Shown here one piece after another: positions 12,601-26,000 of a stretch of 64,000 bases of DNA. Source of the DNA: Lingula anatina (lineage: Eukaryota; Animalia; Brachiopoda); contig CM120647.1 in NCBI GenBank assembly GCA_051362555.1, forward strand, positions 2,294,001 through 2,358,000. The letters are read 5' to 3'. The translations under genes and the position numbers were made by a program. Position 1 is the first letter of the stretch. Each line of letters opens with the position of its first letter. The notes under the pieces are model-generated. The model saw only the letters and a list, made by a program, of their open reading frames with translations, searched no databases and was not told the DNA's origin.

Positions 12601-14052
12601 GTAATTGAGTCAATTGTATACAAAATAAACTGTGAACAATAACATCGAGTTCTGTTCACATACCGTTTTCCTAAGTTGATAAAAATATGCATGTCATTAT
12701 GTTTAATTTTTCAGTTCACAGTCAAGACGTATGGCTGCAGTGCTCAGGTTACTATGGTTATCGTGGGATTGCCAACGAAACTGCCAAGTACTGGTCTGGT
12801 ATAGAGCTGGCGACTAACTCTTCCGCACTAGGAACAAGTGCTCTCCAATATGTGGACATCGAATTTGCTGGTCTTCCTAACATCGGGACACAGTCAAATG
12901 ATACGGCAGCCATATCGATTAGTGGAATCCCACCTGTGCTTGATAACCTGTACATCACAAATGTCATCGGTAATGGTGTTCTACTCAGAGATATAACTGG
13001 ACATGCGGCTATCAACAATAGTAACATTGAGGACATCATGGGCAACGGGGTTTCCTTCAGAAGCTTTGGTGGTAACCTGGCAATGGACAATGTACAGATT
13101 TCTAATGTCCATAAAGCAGGTGTATTTTACAACAGAACATATCCGCTGCCCTCCTATAAGATGTGCCAACTGCCGGAAACAACGGTTCCTGATGGAGAAC
13201 CGCTCATAGTCAGCTTTGACAGTACTGACCTTCACCTGGGGTCAAGGTTTTCCTGTTTTCAGGTAGGCCACTTATACTTATTGGACCTTTAGAACTCACT
13301 GATTTGTCATATTTAAGAATTAGTTTGTTCAACGCGTAGCCTATATTGTAAAAAGAACGTTGCACATAGTTTCTGGCCATACATCTTTACATTTTAAGTA
13401 AATAATCATTCAGCTCAAGCGTTTAATTAGTTAAGTACTTGGGTAGATGATAGTAGTTACGCAAGAGACGTTGTTTCATAAAACCTGTATTAATTTGCTG
13501 TGTTCCATCATATAGGTGTTTCGAAGTCAAAACCCAGGATATATTTTGGCGGTGCGCGTACTATATTTAAGGGCACGTTGGTATACAAGTCGTAACATAC
13601 TGGATATATTTGACGGAAACAGTTCGTCCTCCCGGTGGCTGAAGAGCGTGCATATGTACGGCACCGAGGTAAACATGCCGTCTCCTCTCTACACAAGTGG
13701 TGGTTCAGTCTTGCTGTCATTTTCAAGACTCAATATCGATACTGGAGACCGATATCAAGGAATGTTTACAATTCAGTCCGTTGCCGGTGAGTAAATTTTA
13801 ATTTTTTGAAAGAAATAAATTTTTGCCTCTTTTCAGAACACACAGATGTATACTTGAATTTTACTTTACTAATAGATCCAAACAATTTTGAAGAATTTTG
13901 CGAAAAAATAATTTCGTGCCTCTTTTTAAAACATACAGATTTTTCTTGAATTTTACTTTACTAATTAATAGATCCAAACAATTCTGAAGAATCAAAAATT
14001 GACTAATTGAGCTTATAACCTATGAAAATCGCTAAAAAAAGGCCACTGACTG

Positions 14053-14096
<44 letters not shown>

Positions 14097-17000
14097 ATTA
14101 TTATCACAGTACATATCGTATATTATAGTGCATACTGACTAATGATTCAATGTTCGAGTGAGTCATGCTTGTTTTAATGTCAGCATATACAGCTAAATAT
14201 CACATGAAAATTTTCGATATGAATTTGCTATTGTAACATAAAAGTTATCTATATAAACCCTGTATGCCTTTTTACAGCTCATTCAGGTCACCTTACTGAG
14301 TTATCAATGAATAGCGTCAAAGTTACAAAGTCCAGATATGGCATTTTTATTGAGAATCAACTGCAACCAATTCGCATATCAGGCTCTTATGTGGCACATT
14401 CCTCAGACACAGGTCTGTACGTTGGTAAAGGATCCGGTACGATTGTGCTTCAGGACAGCGCCTTTGTGAATAACATGAACCATGTGTACTTTGAACACAT
14501 CCAGAGGAATGTTACCGTGAAAAACAATGAATTCATTAATTCCTCTACGTATGCTTTGTCTGTTGGCACCACCTCAGTGTGGATATTATCAGATAAAGTC
14601 AGCTTCATTTTTCAAAACAACACCCTGATGGATAATTTATTTGGTGTATCAGTACCGCAAGCCAGACAGTGTGCCCTAACAGACATCGTAGTGTCCGACA
14701 ATGTCTTTTACAACCAAAGGGCAACCGCCCTCAAGTTGGGGTCTGGTTCTGTATGTAGAACAAGCAGACTCAGTTCCGTCCAGGTGAATGAGAATTTGGT
14801 TTCTAAAACAAATGGCACGGCAGGTTTTGTAATAGACACTTCCAGGAACACCCAGATACTCAACAACACGTTTTCTGATAATAACGTGCCCCAATGCGTT
14901 CTTTGTGTTTCTGCCTACAGTTTGTTCGTGACTGGAAATAACTTTAGGAACAATACACTATCTGATTATGGCGTGTCCCAATGCGTTCTTTGTGTTTCTG
15001 CCTCCAGTTTGTTGGTGACTGGAAATGAATTTAGAAACAACAATGTAAGAACGGAAAACAAAAGACATGAGGTGGGTGCTATCACGGTCTTGAAGAATTT
15101 CCCGAGCAGTTGCACATTCACTGACAATATTTTTGAAAACCTGTTGGTCGAATATCAATTGGCCACTTGGTACGAGAATTCCGTCCTTAGAATACTTAAT
15201 GTTTCACGCAATTACTGGGGAACACCAAACCCGCAAGATGTTTACTCGGGGATTATGGATAATACAAAACGCTACACTCTGAGAACTGAGTTCCTATACA
15301 CTCCGTTCTATATCACGTCTAATCTCTCCAGTTTGTCCCCAGCAACGATAGAAGTGGACCCAGCGCCAACTCCCCACACACTCGGTGGCCGCATTAACAC
15401 CGACCTTACTCTTAAGGACACTGGTAGACCGTACACGGTGACACATGACCTGAACGTGACAGCCAACGCCACACTTACCATTGAACCAGGAGTGGTTTTA
15501 GAATTTGAAGATTCTGTGGGGGTGTACATTGAAGGAAGACTGAATGTCAGTGGAACAGAGAGTAAGAAGTGCATCTTTACCGCCAAGGGAAAGATGGCTA
15601 CAACGAAAAATGTCACATCTAAAACAAATTTTGGCAAATTTTCGTTGCTTCGAGGGTCATCGCAATCATATGACGCGACATCGTTTTATGGACTACTTTA
15701 CGGAGAAGAAGACGGAGATATATTGCCAGTTTGTTATGATTCTTTATTGAGAGGGTCGATGTTGACAACATGGTTGGACGGAGAATGCAGGCGACTTGGA
15801 TATGTTTCTCTTTTGTACATGAGCTCGACTTCTCATACGGCTAAACCGGGGTTAAAACTAAATTGTGCTGGGACTGAAACAGACTTTGAAAATATCTGCT
15901 TTACGGGTATGCAAAGATATAGGTGCACTTTGTTCTTCAGAGTTGTGTGCACCAAGCATTCACGAGAGTCCACGTGGGCAGGTATACGATTAGGTCTGAC
16001 GGCTCGTCCCAGCTCTATACAACATGCGGTGATGCAGTTTGCTGGATACTTTGACTCCGGGTCAAGCAGAACAGGCCCTTCTTTACAGGTGGATTTCAAC
16101 CGACATATCATTGACAACTTGGCCATTCTTACCTCGGGGGGAGGCATTCGACAAATATACGTGGACGGGTTAGAGCGAAATATGACTAACATGGTGATGG
16201 CAGACATATATACCAACGCCTTTGAAACATACACACTGAGCGCAACTCTGAGGGATTCACGGATGGAAGACATAAACTCATATGCTGTATTGTTTCAATC
16301 AGGGTCACCCAGTTGGACAACGACAGGGTACTTTACTCCCTATAAAAGAGACTGCGGTGTATCATATCTGGCCAATGAAGGCGATATGGAGCCATTTTAT
16401 CACTACATAAATACGCGTACACAATGCGGTACCTTTACAACCAGGTCGGACCTCAGACTACGGGTTTTTATCATTTACAGTAGTTTTCGTGACTTCCAGC
16501 TGCTTTTAACAGATACAGTGAAAAACTGGACAATAGGTCTGAACTCGACGGATTCCGTTCTCACCACCTCTACTAACACTCTACAGTTCCTCAAGGCTTG
16601 GCTCAACGGATGTACTTGGTGCAGTGTATATATACACGCAGTAGTTATGGCGGTGAAAGGTAAGCAACATAAAGTGGTAGGTGTCAACTTGTAATTAGAT
16701 ATGATAATTGGTACAAATGCATCGTCTAACTTAGTAATTATGCCAAAATCTTTTTTCTATCATACATTGATTTGCAGTTTGCTCAGTCCGGAAACTGCAC
16801 TGTAATTGAGAACATCTTGGTTTTTGCATAGAACATACTTGATAGATAAAAATAACGTTCTAAGTTTTCCGATATTGAATTCATTATTGAAGTGTACAGA
16901 TATACCCCACTAGCGCTTACAGCTTGGTATATGTACGTATATGATGGCTCACAATGTGAATTCATGAGAAATATTTGCTTCGACAAAAACACCGTGGAAT

Positions 17001-20000
17001 TTATTAAATATATAGGTAATATAGCATGTTAGTCAATTATCAGGCTAAAACGACTAAATATAAAACCGGCTGTAATGATATTATTCTATCATATTCATGG
17101 ATATTATTTGTGTACAAAAAGGTGTTCACATTTTGAAGATGACGTCATATCACCGGTTTTGGGTTAAAGTGCTATTCGTGGGCTCGTTATGTTCTGTATT
17201 TACCTGGGCTATCACAAAAATGCAAGACATGATAGACTGATACCTGTACCCCTGTACATACTAAGAAGATGAGAGAATGACTAAGGAACTCAAATGAGGT
17301 AAAATAATGATATATCCAGGGTATATAATCTAAGGTGTGATCATTTAAGTATGTTTATAATTTTCAGACGACCTGCCACCATACAAACCAAGCCTAACAT
17401 TGACCAATGTTATAATCAGTGGATCCTCCACAGCAGTATATGGCCGATACCGAGGCTACACCACTGGAATACGGACTGACAGGAGACATCCAGACTTCCC
17501 AGATCTGGGACAAGTCGGCGTTGATATAAAAGACTCAGTCATAGTAGGAAACTACAGACCGATGCTTCTTAGTTTAGACAGAGTATCTAATGAATTGTTA
17601 CCATCTTTCGCCATCTCAATCGAAAATACAACCATATATTCCAATAACTATGGGATTTATATTAACAATAACTGTGGAAATCGAGAACAGTTAACCATTG
17701 ATGGATGTAAGATCAGAAATTCCAGGAACACATTGTTACAGTACAGTGTCCGGGAAGACAACCCCAAAGATGTGAACATCCAGTTCTTGAATAACGAAAT
17801 CAATGACAACAGAGGGAGTGTACTTGACATCAGCGGTGGTGCTCTACATATGACAGTATCGGGGAATAACATCACAGACAATGAGTACAGCTATGGGTCA
17901 ATGACCTTATACCGGGGATATGAAAAGACAATACAATTCGTGAACAATGATATATTAGATAACCATTACAGAAATATCATCGTCATGAACATAGAAAAAT
18001 CAAGCTATGATCTAAGCAAAACACCAAACGTTGGACTGGTAGGGAATATCATTGCTAACAACACTTATTCATCCGGCAACAGCGAACGTCGGCCATCACA
18101 GCCCCCAGTGACAGCTGCTCTCGTTTTAGATGGTTATGGAAATGTCTGCGTTCAAAACAACACGCTTCAAAACCCGGGCCTAGAGGCAGAGGTGTATGTA
18201 AAGACTCGCTCTACAAAATGGACAGACACCATTGAAGCCAGATACAACATGTGGGGATGTGAAAATACCCGTTGCGTGAGAAAACGTACTTATGACACTC
18301 ACAACGACATGCATCTACCGGAAGTGCGAGTACTTCCATTTGTGTCAATATCTAACGAGATGGTGTACACTCCTGACGTCACAGAGGGACTTCCACAAGG
18401 AAACGTCCTTGGCGGGTGGCTGAACAAGTCCATCACATTAGAAGCAGCAGGTTCTCCATTCTATCTAAAAGAAGATTGGACTATTTTACCCGGTGTTGAG
18501 GTTTTCGTTGAACCTGGTGTTTGGATTAAGCCAGCAAGGGACAAAGGGATCCTCGTTCTGGGACGGATAGTTGCCAGGGGAGAAAAGAGAGGAAGGGTTG
18601 TCTTTGGCTGTCAATACCAAACAGCTAATTGCTCTTATTGGCAAGGATTGGTGTTTGCTTCAGATGACGTCAGTACTAGCCCTTCGGAATTGCTCTTTGT
18701 AGACGTTTTTAATGCAGGTTACAAAGGAAACACGTACGGCGCAGCTGTACAGTCTTTCACCCCCAGTATAATCATACAGAACTCACGAGTGGTCCAGTCA
18801 AGGTTGAACGGTATTGAACTAATTGGACCAGCAATGAAATCTAGCATCATTAAACGAAACGAGTTCCTTAACAACGTAGGTGTTGGAATAAATGCTGTTG
18901 TGGCTTACCCGAGAAGTGTACCACTCAATACTAGGGTCAAACAAGAATCTGTGGGATGGCCAAGTGATGTTTATGGGGTCGATAATATTTGCGAAAAAAC
19001 TTCCAAAATGCTCATTGTTAAGGACAGAACTTTGGTTTATTATTCTCACGGAAAACAGCATGGAGGAAATTATTTTAATTGCACGCGTGCAATACGTTCT
19101 GAACTTGGACAGAATATCACAATCCAAATTTTACAGTTTAATCTGCAACATTTTCAACTGGAAATATTCGCAGGATCGTCTCCTCTTCTCTCAAGCCGAC
19201 TTCTTTATGCTGACCAGACAAACGATTCACTTCCTTCAGATATTCCAATAAACAGTCCCAGTGTAACTATCCGGTTATATGGCAGTGTCAGGTACTGGGG
19301 CACATATGGTTTGCAAAGCATGGTCTTCGGTATCAAGATCTCCAGTGACACATCTACAGGTAAGACTGTACATTAACACACACGTACTAGTAACATGTCA
19401 TTGTTGTACTGTCATTTATACAAAGACTTTATCGATAGGTAAGAGTTCTTAAGGATAAAGTTTAAAGTTACAGCACGTTAATATACAAGTGCTCGTGTAT
19501 ATTTTACATGTTTCATAATAAATACTATGTGGTTTGTCTTTCAGGGTCTAACGGCAGCTTTGTCATCGTGGAAAACACTTTCCTTAACAATGGTCTGGGT
19601 GGAGTGAACATAACTACATTTGGACAGAGTAATTTCGATATAAACATCAACAAAAACATATTTCACAGAAATGGACTTTCGACTTCCAACCAAGCTGAAC
19701 ATTCCAAAGCAGCTATTCGGCTTAATATCGCTGACACCAGTGTTACTTTAGCAAATAATTACATGAAAGGGAACCAGGGTGGCATCCACGCCAGGACTCA
19801 CAGCATATTCCAAAACAATAAGTTGAACATTTGGAGCAACCAGATTATCTTTACAACTCAGAAAGAGAGCATTAAGGTGGTAGAAATAGAGAACGGTCTT
19901 CACACACAGCAGTGCAGTATAGATGGGAATGTGATACAACACGGACAGGGAGATAGGTACAGTGATGTCCTCCACCTGGAGGATGTGTCTGGAACCGTCA

Positions 20001-23000
20001 CAAACAACTACATCTACAACAACACGGGTCTTCATGTGATGTGGTGGACAACACCAGCCAATAGGAACACGAGTGACGTCACCACTGACAACATCATATA
20101 TTACAACATTGCTAGAGATGCAAACAATATGGCGGCCATAGTTGCTGGTGGCTCATCATCGTTTCTCCATGACAACGTCTTCCAAAACCCTACATTTACA
20201 TTCGAGATGACAAGTGAAGGTGCCTTTACAACTGTAAATGCCTCTTCAACTGTAAATGCCTCTTCCAACTGGTGGGGTCTGACAGAACATGCCCAGATCA
20301 AGCAGAGGTTACGAGATAGGGGTACGGGGTTCCCATACCCCGAGGTATCTATACACCCAATCATTGATTCCATGTCTTCTTATCAAACAGGTGAAAAAGT
20401 TTTCAACACTGACACCCGTGTTGCTGAAACAAATCAAATTTGCATTTTTCTTTTCACTTTTCTCCTGTTATGTCATGATATCTATTTGTTATTTTAAATG
20501 AAAAAACTGATCCGATACCTTAATAATATTTCATGTGATTTAATCATTATATTTCTTGAATTACCTTTGGCATACCTTTTGCTAGGATATCAATAATGAT
20601 ACATTTTTAATAATAATAACAACAATTAAATTAAAACAAATCAATCAAAAGTTTGAAGTTGAACAGATAAATGGATTGCGATAAAATTTACAAAATAAAA
20701 TATTTGCATAAAAGATATACATAATCTAAGCTTCCAAAGGCTTAATCATCCAAAAAGCATTAAAACCGGCAGTATCTTACGATTTTTTTATATTGTTATA
20801 TTTCAGGGCCCAGTGTTTTCCCTGCTTATTACCCCCGTCAGATAACAAAGTGCCCCGTAGGCCAGTTTATTCCCGACTCCAGAGTTTGCCGGCGGTATTA
20901 CAGCTGCACTGAAGGTGGCGTTATTCCCAAGATTTGCCCAAATCATCTTGTCTGGAATCCAGAAATACAGGAGTGTGGCAGAGACGGCTGTGAGCCACAG
21001 GAAGCTTCTGGTAGGTGGTTTGGTACTCGGCTACAGTGAATACAAAAATGCACGTAATGAACTTCGTTTTGAATGTAATTTGATAAACCATATGTCCTTT
21101 GCCCAAAGGATATTTATAAGCCAAATATCTATCTGGTAAATCTAAAACAAGCAGAACTGTTTTCATGGTAAATCATTGTGGGCAACTGCTGATGATACAG
21201 AATTTATCTGTTCCAGATTCGTGTCCTCTTGGGTGGCTGCAGAATAAGATGGTGTGTTACTTATACGTCGGGGGAGCACAAAACTTCACTCAAGCTCGAG
21301 CTTCTTGTGAGGTATTCAATTGACATTTATTTATCAAGTCGTTGGTCTACTAACAATAACGCTTGCAAAGATAAATATTGTATTCAGAGAGGATATAGCA
21401 ATCTTTGACGCAGTTTGTGAGATAACATTATTAATTGATGACTTACATGCATCTACTTTGTTCAAGAGTCAATACAGTATGTTGGTCAATCTTGCTACGA
21501 AGTCTGAGCGAGCATTTGCAATCAGCATACTACGATCACGAGCGGTGGGAGAGCGCAGTTTTGGCATATGGACAGAGACGTGGGATAAGGTATGGTATTC
21601 TGTGTTCTTCCATCCGATTTTGAATAGAAAAGGATGACAATGACAAATGAAATACAGACAAAACAAGAGAAGGTTTACAATAGTGTGATATGTGGCATGT
21701 TACGCTGTTAGCATACATGTTATAAAACAAATACATACATTCATTTTGTGCCCTTGTGACTGTTTCCAGGAAGACGGAAAATGTCCACTGTTCAATTTGT
21801 CAAGCATTGACGGCAATGCACATATCTACAAAGATGATTGTTTCAGTCTTTCTCCGTATATTTGTAAGAGGTCCGCAGGTAATAATTTTACTACATACTA
21901 TCAAAAATGACATTCTGATAATATATATTACCTAATTTACAAATGTACATAAAGGACTACCCATGCTCAAGCTAACCGCTCGCGTTTGAAGGACGCTTCC
22001 CTATTTTATTGTTCCTTAATCTCCACTGTATTTTTCATTGTATTTACATTGTTTCTCCTCATTCCCTATCCCATCGTTATACAGCATCATCCTTCTATAT
22101 GTACCATAGTTACCGAGTGTCCCAATGACTGCACCTACAATGGACGGTGTGGTAAAGATAAACGATGTCACTGTATCCGCGGCTGGGAAGGAAAGGACTG
22201 CTCCGTGTACCACTGTAGAGACAGGAACAAGTGTGGACAGTACGGGACATGTGTGGGACCGAACCAGTGCAGGTGTCAGCCTGGCTGGCAGGTAAACCCT
22301 TCATTAGTTACCAGGTAGTCTCGATGATGTTACGTATATTAAATTCAGTAGAAGAAAATCCTGAATAAATGAATCAAGCAATATTATTGTGCACAATATC
22401 AGATTCTCGGTCCTGATTTGTCGACAATACCATGATGCAGACAAAATGGGCTAATTGGCTGTGCACTCATTTTAAAATGCCTTCATCAGCTTATGTAATA
22501 TCTTATCATTGACAACAAAGTTTTTTAATTGCATGACCCTTATTGGTTCATAGGGCCGCGCCTGCTCAGTAAGCTACTGCCCAGTGTACAGCACGTGTAG
22601 GTCATGTACTGAACAGCCCGGATGTGGGTGGTGTGACCACAAACAAAGATGTCTGCCAGGCCACGAGTCTCAGCCGTGGAAAGAGCAGTGTGGAACATGG
22701 TTCTATCACGACTGTTTCTCTGTAGACACACACATGGGATGTTCTAGTCAAATTGAGGCATGTTGATTAAAGCAAGCTTTTATGAAACGTTTGTTATTTC
22801 AATATATATGCTATTACCATAAGCAGAAGTTACAGATGATTTTAATTGTATGAAAATGAATTTGTGGGGTGTAAAAATCCCAGTTAGGTGTAAAATAAAA
22901 AACAGCAAATTAAACAAAACTGAGATCTGATACGGTATTAGTTAGATTTTAAATGGATTGTATGACCACTGTATTCCAGCTGTTTCTGTTACCATACTCT

Positions 23001-26000
23001 GTCAATTCCGAGTGATTCGAAAATATCGTGTTCATTTGAAAAGACTGATAACGGCTTAAATCACCATCATCTCGGTTTTGACTAAATGCTGTATATTTAT
23101 TGTGTTCAGTATATCGGCTGTGACTACCGCCAGTGTAACTCCACCATACGGTATTCCAATGATGAGCTCTGTCACAGGTGTAGAGACGTGGAGGCCTGCT
23201 TCAGTGACGATGTAAATGAGAGTATATGAAATATAAATAAAAATGATAAGAATAGCAAACCATTAACGGACCCGCAATCTGTTTCACATTGTATTCAGCG
23301 CCACCATTATGCGTCTGTAAAGTATTTGAGTAAATATGTACATGCCATTAAGTCAATTTTTCTTGTAAGTAAACAATGATGACTGTACGTGATTCTACAT
23401 CTATGATAAATGAACGCATACCATTCACCGATAAATGTAGAATATTTAAGTCTTCCTGTCTAATTCTTCTGCAAAATACCGGTTAGATCTCATATAGCTG
23501 CCGTCAATGGGACATGAGGAAATGCCCAAATGGCCTAGTGCGACCAGTCTATAACCATGGCAACCGAGCCCTAGATACGACATTGCAAGCACACGTGAAG
23601 GTCATTAAGCCTGACAATGCAGAGTTTTATGTGTGCCCTATATCAAACACGGCACAGAGAGGTAAGCATACATATATGATATCCGTCATGTTAATGAATT
23701 ATTTAAATATGATGCAAAGTGGAATACGAAATATTTCATAATATGCCTTTTATGTGTTCTAACAAAAGTTTGCAAGTCTGTAAGTGCATTTTGTTGAACA
23801 TGGCGTCGTGTTACTGCAATACGTGTGACAACTGTGACAATTATTTCATATCAGGGGAACGATATCGATAACTTCTATAAATAATTAACAAAGTGTTTAA
23901 TGCATTTTACTATTTCTGTACCAAAGGTTAACCCATAGTTCACCACAACGATACAGTTATTACAGAGAACATGGTAGTCCTATTTTCCTATTAGTCCACG
24001 CAATTGAATTAAAATTTAAAACGCATGCTGATTTTTGTTTGCATCTATCTGAATAATATTTGACAGGTCACTCCATTCTTGTGACCAGAGACAAGGTCAA
24101 GTATCCCAGGTCCAGAGATTTTGTCATTGTCAGCAAGCAAGCCGGAGGAATCATGCATAAAGTGTACGCAACTCAAGAAAGCGGTGAGTTTATTATACTT
24201 CATGTAATACTATTTTTCAACCAAAAAGAAACAATTTATGGAAATACACCTGGCTAGTTGCACGACGTCAAATACTTTTTGACGTAACTTATGGCGTTTC
24301 AAGTGACGTTATGTCAGTAGTGCATGTTCTCTAGTTCCGTGATATTTTCAATACATTAATGTAGCATATTTATTAATCCATAACCTGAATATACATGTAT
24401 TCTTAAATTACTCTTTACAAAAGTTGCATCTTCATGGCGTTTAACCAGTAATCGGCATAAAATATAAACGTGCATTTTAGGACAAAATGTCTGAGTCTCA
24501 ATTTATATAAAGTATGAATGGTAGATTTTGTTAAAACGAGATTTTTCTGCCCTTTAAACGTGTTTTTAAACAGGCTTATGATATCTCTATGATTCATTAT
24601 ACACCACTACGCGTGCATCGTAGTATTATAGAAAATAACCCCACAAACGAAATTTGTGCAAAATTGTTTGAAAATAATAACTTTTGCTGACTCGTCACAT
24701 CATTGTTGTTAGGGTGATGAGTCTTATTTTATATTTCATATTTAATTTTTATCCCTAAGGCCATAGCATTTAATGCAGGCAACAATTTGCTACATTGTTA
24801 TTATTGTTAAAATTATTAGGATAGTGAGTTTATATAATAAAAGCGGCCTTGTTTGGCCAAATCACGAACAACCGATAGTCTTTATTACCTTCTCTTTTGA
24901 CAGAGACTATGCAAGTTTGTGGTGCACTGGGATGGAGGAGACATAAATGTTTTTATCAGCTATGACAATTGTTTTCTTTAGGAACATACCGATATTTTGC
25001 TGCTGTAAGGGCCTCGTTGGAAGATGTCATCCAGTATGCCAACTTTAACCAAACAGTTCCCGCCCGTTCCCTCATGGACGATAGGACGCTAGAGCACGTG
25101 CCGGAGGAACGCATTTTTAAAATTGCCTATGCGTGGGAAGGGGCAGCCATTAGAGGTTCCTTAGTTCACGTGATAAAAGGTGAAGTTCTGATTTTAAATC
25201 CCCCCCCCCAATATTTATAAACAATAAATATAAATGGTTGAATTACAGAGTGAAAGGTTTACTTCTATAAAGTATTTACCCTACACTACAGGAAGTAGCG
25301 TACGTTTTCATTTGATAAATATGTGAACCACAGCTGATAAAAATATCTCATTTCTCATTTCAGATGATGATGTTTTTAAATGTCTTGGACATTGGTACAA
25401 TGTGACCATAAGACCTGTGGCGTCTCAGTACATTGTGCTACGACAGAGTATGTCAAATCACATTAATGTTGGTGATGTGGTAGTCGGCGGGGAAAGCCAG
25501 GGCTTCCTCGAGGACTTAGAGGATGTTGTATCAGAATCTGAGGCTGTGACGTATCACGCCAAAGTGAAGACGTGTAGTCAGGCTATGTCTTTTAGGTGAA
25601 TGGTATTTATATACGATGTAGACTACGTGCTGTTTTACATCTTAGTTATGTCAGAACGTGACACACATTATATTATGTGTAGTACGCCATATTAAATATC
25701 CTTCTATATTCTTGGTCAAGACAACTAATTTTTGCCGTCTCTTTGCAATATTCTGAGACTTTATTATGAATACTGGCATGGCAAAATTCAGTTTTTGCTA
25801 AAAATTGGCCGATAGTGGGGCGGAAAACATATCTAAATTTGAAAAGAAGTATTCATTGTAAAATACCAAAGGAAAGTTCACTGTACATTTCAATGTGTTC
25901 GTACATGCACATGTTTTGCTATTTAATATTTTATATAGAAAAGCGCATGACATGTGGCGTACTTGATGTGTTTTCTAGTCCCATTACTGGTGGTTCTTCT

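Noticed and set aside
15308-16273. Minus-strand ORFs opposite the large exons (also at 12758, 17657, 20101 and 37971)
   Set aside because: They are antisense shadows of real coding exons and have no recognisable motifs.
6255-20390. Assigning the gene symbol bark/aka
   Set aside because: The similarity is architectural and limited to the N-terminal half; orthology cannot be established without a phylogeny.
25939-25978. Earlier acceptor (TATAG) for exon 19
   Set aside because: It gives phase 1, while exon 18 ends in phase 2. The acceptor at 25978 fits.
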